Assembly (NCBI GenBank): GCA_051971635.1
Contig: JBFPLN010000005.1
Coordinates: forward strand, 32,001-96,000
DNA length: 64,000 nt
Source of the DNA: Candidatus Atelocyanobacterium thalassae
GTDB lineage: Bacteria > Cyanobacteriota > Cyanobacteriia > Cyanobacteriales > Microcystaceae
Reading direction: 5' to 3'
Part shown: positions 57,870 to 64,000 of the stretch, piece after piece
Layout of the letters: every line of letters begins with the position of its first letter
Position numbering within the stretch: position 1 is the first letter of the stretch
Notes under the pieces: model-generated
The model's database searches: none
Told to the model about the DNA's origin: nothing
The model's input: the letters and a program-made list of their open reading frames with translations, nothing else
Made by a program: the position numbers and the translations under genes

Positions 57870-58016
57870 GACATATTAAAAAAGAGACTAAAGATATTAT
57901 TTACATAGTTATATTTTGTTTAGAACTATTTACCAGTTATAAATATTATTATTTTTTATGAAAATATATTTTCTGATTGTCAACCTGACGATTATTGTTC
58001 AACAATCAAGTGTTTT

Positions 58017-58643
58017 ATGAAAAAAGAGTTACTGTGGAATCATCCGATTACAAATAAAAGTTTCGCAATCATTGATCAAGAAATAGATCAACATAATCTT
58101 CACCCATTAGAATATAAAATCATTCGTCGTGTTATTCACTCTACAGCTGACTTTGATGTTGTCAATTCGTTAGTTTTTAGTTCAAATGCAATTAGAAATG
58201 GTGTTAATGCAATCAAAAAACAGACTACCATAGTGACAGACGTCACTATGGTAAGACAAGGAATTCTGGGTTTAGTAAATAAAACTTTTAAAAATGTAGT
58301 TATTGCTTCAGTTAATCAAGCATCAAATCCTAATCCTGGTAAAACTCTTACAGAAACAGGGTTATTGAAATGCTGTAGTAAATATCCTACAGGAATTTAT
58401 GTGATAGGCAATGCTCCAACTGCGTTACTCACTTTATGTCAGCAAATTATTTTAAATAAAATACAACCCAGTTTAATTATTGGTACACCAGTAGGTTTTG
58501 TCTCTGTTTTAGAAGCTAAGCAAGCTTTGAAAAGAGTAAATGTTCCCAAAATTTTTATAGAGGGACGTAAAGGTGGCTCTCCTATGGCAGCCTCTATACT
58601 TAATGCTTTAATTGTTTTGGCTTACGAAAACGAAACAATATAA
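58017..58643 (+). CDS. cobH: Precorrin-8X / cobalt-precorrin-8 methylmutase
   Basis: RRVIHSTADF, IGNAPTAL, PVGFV and GRKGGS motifs. Confidence 0.95.
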   Translation: MKKELLWNHPITNKSFAIIDQEIDQHNLHPLEYKIIRRVIHSTADFDVVNSLVFSSNAIRNGVNAIKKQTTIVTDVTMVRQGILGLVNKTFKNVVIASVNQASNPNPGKTLTETGLLKCCSKYPTGIYVIGNAPTALLTLCQQIILNKIQPSLIIGTPVGFVSVLEAKQALKRVNVPKIFIEGRKGGSPMAASILNALIVLAYENETI

Positions 58644-58682
58644 TTTGTAGTTATACCTTGTAAATATTACAACATAATAATA

Positions 58683-59930
58683 ATGATTAGGGTCGTAGGA
58701 ATTGGATTAACTGGAAAGGATAGCTTAACTGAAGAAGTTAAAAGCATTGTAAAAAATACTTCCATATTAACGGGCAGTCAGCGACATCTTAAATATTTTA
58801 CTGAATACACTGGGACTACAATCACTTTAGGCAATTTTATTAAAGATATAAAAAATTTAAAAAAACTCAGTAAAAATAATAAGTCTATTGTTGTTTTAGT
58901 TAGTGGAGATCCTCTGTTTTTCGGCTTGGGACGTTTATTGCTGCAAGAGATTGACCAAAAAGATTTGGAATTTTATCCAAATCTGACATCAGTTCAGCTG
59001 GCATTTAGCTATATAAAAGTTCCTTGGCATGATGCCCAATTAATTAGTATTCATGGTCGTAATCTAGATGAATTAGTACTTAGCTTTAAAAAAGGGAAGC
59101 AAAAAATTGCTATTCTTACTGATAATCATAATAGCCCACAGGTAATTGCTAATATTTATCTAAACTTAAATATTCTCAAGAGCTATGATATTTGGGTCTG
59201 TGAGAACCTAGGTAGGATTGATCAAAAAATTAATTGTTATTCACCTCAAAAATTAGCCGATCTCAAACAGTATGAATTTTCATCTTTAAATGTTGTCATC
59301 TTTCTAGAAAATAACAACATTGTTTTAGACACGCAAGAATACAGAGAATTACCTATTTTAGGTATTCAAGATAAATATTTCTTAACATTCAAAGATCGTC
59401 CAGGACTTATGACAAAACGGGAAGTCCGAATAGCTATACTAGGAGAATTAAATTTACAACCAAAACAACTTGTTTGGGATATAGGTGCAGGAACAGGTTC
59501 AGTTTCTATAGAAATTTCTCGTTTATCAGATACATCAAAAGTTTATGCAATTGAAAAAACTGCAGTAGGTATTAACACGATTACTAAAAATTGCGAAAGA
59601 TTTCAAGTTCATAATGTAGTTCCTCTCGCGTTAACAAATCTCCATGAATTATACGAGCTTCCAAATCCTGATAGGGTTTTTATAGGGGGAAGTGGAGGAA
59701 AACTAATTGAAATTTTAGAAATCTGTCAACAAAAACTAAAAAAAGACGGTATTATAGTTATTTCCTTGGCAACCATAGAAAATTTAGGAATAAGTATAAA
59801 TTGGTTTAAGATGAATTCTTGGAGTTACCATCTTCTGAGTATTCAGTTATCTAAATCTTTAGCTATTGCTAACTTAACTCGTCTATATCCTACAAATCCA
59901 GTTTTTTTATTAAGAGCTAACCGTAAATAG
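58683..59930 (+). CDS. cbiET: Precorrin-6Y C5,15-methyltransferase (decarboxylating), CbiE/CbiT fusion
   Basis: SGDPLFFGLG, MTKREVR, WDIGAGTGSVSIE and PDRVFIGGSGG motifs. Confidence 0.93.
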   Translation: MIRVVGIGLTGKDSLTEEVKSIVKNTSILTGSQRHLKYFTEYTGTTITLGNFIKDIKNLKKLSKNNKSIVVLVSGDPLFFGLGRLLLQEIDQKDLEFYPNLTSVQLAFSYIKVPWHDAQLISIHGRNLDELVLSFKKGKQKIAILTDNHNSPQVIANIYLNLNILKSYDIWVCENLGRIDQKINCYSPQKLADLKQYEFSSLNVVIFLENNNIVLDTQEYRELPILGIQDKYFLTFKDRPGLMTKREVRIAILGELNLQPKQLVWDIGAGTGSVSIEISRLSDTSKVYAIEKTAVGINTITKNCERFQVHNVVPLALTNLHELYELPNPDRVFIGGSGGKLIEILEICQQKLKKDGIIVISLATIENLGISINWFKMNSWSYHLLSIQLSKSLAIANLTRLYPTNPVFLLRANRK

Positions 59931-60167
59931 AAATAATCACTAAAAAAATTTCCTGATGTTACTTTCAAGTTTTCTAAAAAAAATATTCTTCTAGATAATA
60001 GTACTATTTACTACAACAAGAAGTTAATTAATAATATATTAGAGCAGTATTATATTTTCTAAACTTTTATCGTTAAGTTAAACTATATTAGTAAGCAACA
60101 AAATATTGCTATTGGTTCACATTTAATGTAGTGTCGATAGTTGTTCATGTTATTAATTAAAATCTAT

Positions 60168-60713
60168 ATGAAACAAAATGGTGTAACTGTTTGGTTAACA
60201 GGATTAAGCGGAGCCGGGAAATCTACTATTTCTGATGCTTTAGAGAAAAAATTAAGAGATTTTGGCTATTCATTAGAAATATTAGACGGTGATATAGTCA
60301 GAACTAATTTAACGAAAGGATTAGGATTCTCTAAAGAAGATCGAGACACTAATGTTCGTCGTATTGGTTTTGTTTGTCAATTATTGACGCGCCATGATGT
60401 AATAGTTTTAGTTGCTGCTATTTCGCCGTATAGAAATATTCGTAATGAAGTTAGGGAGAAAATTGGAAATTTTGTTGAAGTTTTTATTAATGCACCATTA
60501 ATAACATGTGAAACTAGGGATGTAAAAGGTTTATACAAAAAAGCTAGAGCCGGTGAAATTAAATCATTTACCGGAATTGATGATCCTTATGAAGCCCCTT
60601 TAAGCCCTGAAGTTGAATGCCGTACAGACATCGAAACTCTTGAAGAAAGTGTTAATAAAATTTTGAGAAAACTTGAAAAAATGAACTATATCAAAATACC
60701 TGATACGAAATAA
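60168..60713 (+). CDS. cysC: Adenylyl-sulfate kinase
   Basis: WLTGLSGAGKST, LDGDIVR, RDVKGLY and FTGIDDPYE motifs. Confidence 0.97.
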   Translation: MKQNGVTVWLTGLSGAGKSTISDALEKKLRDFGYSLEILDGDIVRTNLTKGLGFSKEDRDTNVRRIGFVCQLLTRHDVIVLVAAISPYRNIRNEVREKIGNFVEVFINAPLITCETRDVKGLYKKARAGEIKSFTGIDDPYEAPLSPEVECRTDIETLEESVNKILRKLEKMNYIKIPDTK

Positions 60714-60993
60714 AATTATATCCAGATATGATGTCATCTAACAGGATATAAGAAATTTTCAGTTATTAAATTTAACTACATATATTTTTATAATTACTTG
60801 TTAATCATTGTTTTCATACTTTATCTTGTATGTGTAAGAATAGATAAAATCACATTCGAGAAATATTAATTTATAGAGTTTACACAATGATTAAATTTTT
60901 TCTACAAATCCTACCAATTAATATAGTCAATTTCACATTAGCTTTTTGATAAAGATTATAATTGTCAATTATAAAATGTCAGGAGAATTAAGA

Positions 60994-61662
60994 ATGAAAT
61001 GGTTTCGTAAAGTTAGTCGTAATATAAAAAGAAGATTAGACAGATGGACAAATAAATTAAATACTCCTGAAAAAATTTTAGAAATAGCGATTATGCAAAT
61101 CGAGAATGAATTAATTAATATGAGAGGAGCACTAGCAGAAGCAGTTGCCAGTCATAAATTTTCAGAACGTCAACTATCACACTATGAAATCTTATCTGAT
61201 AGATTATATCAAAAAGCTGAATTAGCTATATCTCAAAATAATGATTCTTTAGCAAAAAAATCATTGATGGATCGTCAGTCTTATCAAAAACAAAGTTATA
61301 GTATTAAAACTGAATTAGAAAGTCAGAAGGTAATGATTCAGGAATTAAAAGAAAAGTTAAGGTTATTAGAGAATAAGGCGCAAGAAGTAAGAACAAAGAA
61401 AAATATTTATCTCGCACGTTTACGCTCAGCAACTGCAACAAAAAATTTTAATAATATATTGAACGATTTTGAAGAAAATAGCTCAAATAATTTATTTGAA
61501 ATACTTGATAATAATATTATGGAATTAGAAGCAGAGTCAACAATGATAAATATGGGAAAAGAACCTGATATTTTAGAAAGACAGTTTATCAAACTCAAAA
61601 AGAATGAAAGTGTTCAAGGAAAATTATCTGAACTTCAATCGGGCACAGAGAAATTAGATTAG
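60994..61662 (+). CDS. PspA/IM30 family protein
   Basis: PEKILEIAI, KAELAI..N.DSLAKKSL, long coiled coil; ATG at 60994 after AGGAG. Confidence 0.8.
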   Translation: MKWFRKVSRNIKRRLDRWTNKLNTPEKILEIAIMQIENELINMRGALAEAVASHKFSERQLSHYEILSDRLYQKAELAISQNNDSLAKKSLMDRQSYQKQSYSIKTELESQKVMIQELKEKLRLLENKAQEVRTKKNIYLARLRSATATKNFNNILNDFEENSSNNLFEILDNNIMELEAESTMINMGKEPDILERQFIKLKKNESVQGKLSELQSGTEKLD

Positions 61663-61979
61663 TCTGAATTCATGTGTACTTTACTCTACAAGTTTGATAA
61701 AAGATACAAGCCTCACTCAATCTTTAATATGAGTTGATTTCAATTTTAGGAAATGAAAATATTACTGTTCAGCTGTTTCAATAAATTATTATTCTTGACA
61801 ATATTTTCTACTTTAAAAACTTTTTTGTGATGATCAATTATTTTTAATATCATAAAATAATCATATGATAATTGCTTAGAGATAGAGTAATTAAAATTAT
61901 TTAACTAAATTATTTTTTATAGTATTCTAGTGGTAAGATGTATGCTAGATATATACTCTTAGTCAAGAAGTTCAGTCTT

Positions 61980-62687
61980 GTGTTATCTACTATAGTTACT
62001 GATTTTCGTATAATTTTTGATCGAGATCCTGCAGCTCGTAATTGGCTAGAAGTTCTTTTCTGCTATCCTGGATTACAAGCTATTATTTCATATCGTTTCG
62101 CCCACTGGTTAAATGAGTTAAATATCTTATTTTTACCAAGACTGATTTCCCATTTTGCACGCTTTTTTACTGGAATTGAAATTCATCCAGCAGCCCAAAT
62201 TGGTATTGGAGTATTTATTGATCATGGTATGGGTGTAGTTATTGGAGAGACTGCAAAAATAGGAGACTATAGTTTAATTTATCAAGGTGTTACTTTAGGT
62301 GGAACAGGCAAAGGGAGTGGAAAAAGACATCCAACTATTGGTAAAAATGTAGTTATAGGGGCAGGGGCAAAAGTTCTTGGAAATTTAAATATAGGAAATA
62401 ATGTTCGAATAGGAGCTGGTTCTGTTTTACTTCGTGATGTACCTTCAGACTGTACTGTTGTTGGCATTCCAGGAAAAATAGTTTATCAATCAGGAGTACG
62501 GGTTAATCCTCTCGAGCATGGTAATTTACCTGACTCAGAGGCAAAAGTTATCAGACTACTGTTAGACAGAATCGATTTATTAGAAAAAAAGTTTCAAGCA
62601 TTAAAGAGTGAAAAGCTAGAAGAATGGGAGTTTATTAATGAATCTAAGGAAATATTGCATTTAAAATCAACTTATCATAACAAATAA
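61980..62687 (+). CDS. cysE: Serine O-acetyltransferase
   Basis: [25 protein letters not shown] and [13 protein letters not shown] motifs; GTG at 61980 is the likely start. Confidence 0.97.
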   Translation: MLSTIVTDFRIIFDRDPAARNWLEVLFCYPGLQAIISYRFAHWLNELNILFLPRLISHFARFFTGIEIHPAAQIGIGVFIDHGMGVVIGETAKIGDYSLIYQGVTLGGTGKGSGKRHPTIGKNVVIGAGAKVLGNLNIGNNVRIGAGSVLLRDVPSDCTVVGIPGKIVYQSGVRVNPLEHGNLPDSEAKVIRLLLDRIDLLEKKFQALKSEKLEEWEFINESKEILHLKSTYHNK

Positions 62688-62755
62688 ATTTTTAGTACTA
62701 AAGGATAGATTTATAATGATTTTTTACAATTTCCCCCTTCCTCTAATGCTATGAG

Positions 62756-63343
62756 TCAAAGGATAGAGATGCGTCTTAGAGGAGAAAAACGAAAGATGGC
62801 ACGTCCAATAATATTCCTTTCTGACAAGAAGCCCCAAACGTGAGAATCATTACTGTTATTGCGATTATCTCCCATAACAAAAAGATATCCCTTGGGCACT
62901 GTCACTGGTTGTAAATCATAATATGGTTTTTGTAAAATATAATTTTCTTCCAACAAAATCTTATTAATATAAACTTTTCCACTTTTAACTGCTACAGTTT
63001 CTCCGCCTACAGCAATTACTCTCTTAATAAAGGCCTGATTATTCTTATATCCTTGCAATTTTAGTTGTATTGGAGGCTTAAAAACTACTATATCTTTTGC
63101 TTTGAGATCATAAAAATAACGAGAAACTTTTTCAACAATTAATCTATCACCTATCTCCAAAGTAGGATACATAGATTCAGAGGGAATATAGCGGGGTTCA
63201 GCAATAAATGTACGAACAGCAAAGGCTAAAGCGATAGCAATTACTAAAATCTGCATATTTTCCCAGATCATTACTAATAAACTTTTATATGAATTAGATG
63301 TATCGAGAGAACTATGCTTGTTAGAATTCCAAAACATACACAA
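62756..63343 (-). CDS. lepB: Signal peptidase I
   Basis: IPSESMYPTL (catalytic Ser), FIKRVI (catalytic Lys) and GDNRNNSNDSH motifs. Confidence 0.96.
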   Translation of the reverse strand: MCMFWNSNKHSSLDTSNSYKSLLVMIWENMQILVIAIALAFAVRTFIAEPRYIPSESMYPTLEIGDRLIVEKVSRYFYDLKAKDIVVFKPPIQLKLQGYKNNQAFIKRVIAVGGETVAVKSGKVYINKILLEENYILQKPYYDLQPVTVPKGYLFVMGDNRNNSNDSHVWGFLSERNIIGRAIFRFSPLRRISIL

Positions 63344-63544
63344 TTTTTTCTTTAGTTTACAAACTATTATATAGTACTAATTATTTAAACTATTAATGTT
63401 AAAAAGCTTAAGATATGTGACTTTTGACTTACACATTGTAGTATAAAATATACTTTTAATATTCATACTATCTTAAAGACATACTTAAAACTGTTTATTC
63501 TGTTAGACAAGGATGGCATTAGTTACTAATGAATATTAGAGTAT

Positions 63545-64000
63545 TTATATCCTATTGGTAATAAGAATTTTTTTTAATAATGGTGTAATTGCTATACAGT
63601 TTAATAAAATTGTTAACCAATCACCCATTCTTACATATAAGGTTAATGTATTTCTTGCGTAAATTACTCCTTTATGTGTCTCATACGTATTCATTTTGGA
63701 TATCCAAGAGCTATCTCCATTGGGGTTGATAATAGCAGAATACCCTGTATTAGTTGCCTTGGCCATCCATCTATCAGTTTCAATTGCACGAATTACATCT
63801 TGAGAATGATGTTGAGCAGGCATAATTTGAGTAAAATGAGCATTGTTAGAAGCTGTAATTATATATTCTCCTCCTAGGCTTGTTTGATATCGAAAATGTT
63901 CGCTAAATGCAGATTCATAACAAATGCCTATAATAGCTTGACCCACAGGAGTATCAAAAATCTGTTGACTTTTTCCCTTGATTAAGTGATTTTCTAACGG
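63545..64000 (-). CDS. lnt: Apolipoprotein N-acyltransferase (3' part; runs off the window)
   Basis: ICYES, RAIETDR, ATNTGYS and TLYVRMGDW motifs; the frame stays open to the window end. Confidence 0.92.
   Translation of the reverse strand, partial: PLENHLIKGKSQQIFDTPVGQAIIGICYESAFSEHFRYQTSLGGEYIITASNNAHFTQIMPAQHHSQDVIRAIETDRWMAKATNTGYSAIINPNGDSSWISKMNTYETHKGVIYARNTLTLYVRMGDWLTILLNCIAITPLLKKILITNRI

Noticed and set aside
60994..61662. Calling the PspA/IM30 protein Vipp1
   Set aside because: It lacks the conserved Vipp1 N-terminus and C-terminal extension; more likely a divergent PspA-like paralog.

Overview
AT-rich DNA from a strongly reduced unicellular cyanobacterium. The gene content fits UCYN-A / Candidatus Atelocyanobacterium thalassa (the nitroplast lineage), which is an inference: psaM is intact, kaiC has no intact kaiA or kaiB upstream, HIP1 is almost absent, and spacers are long and eroded. 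The window holds about 45 housekeeping CDS, including rimP-nusA-ylxR-infB, sufBCDS, secA, metG, acs, tatC, groESL, kaiC, pcxA, ftn2, pdhA, cobH/cbiET, cysC, cysE, lepB and lnt, plus tRNA-Thr(UGU) and tRNA-Ser(UGA). I found no mobile element, prophage or CRISPR. Features missed by the ORF track are a 31-aa Norf4-like membrane microprotein, psaM, a partial clpR, a readable kaiA pseudogene with a faint kaiB relic, a sufR pseudogene with two degenerate operators, intact CIRCE and K-box elements, and a perfect 39-bp inverted repeat between groEL and kaiC. All homology calls come from remembered family motifs; no database search was run.
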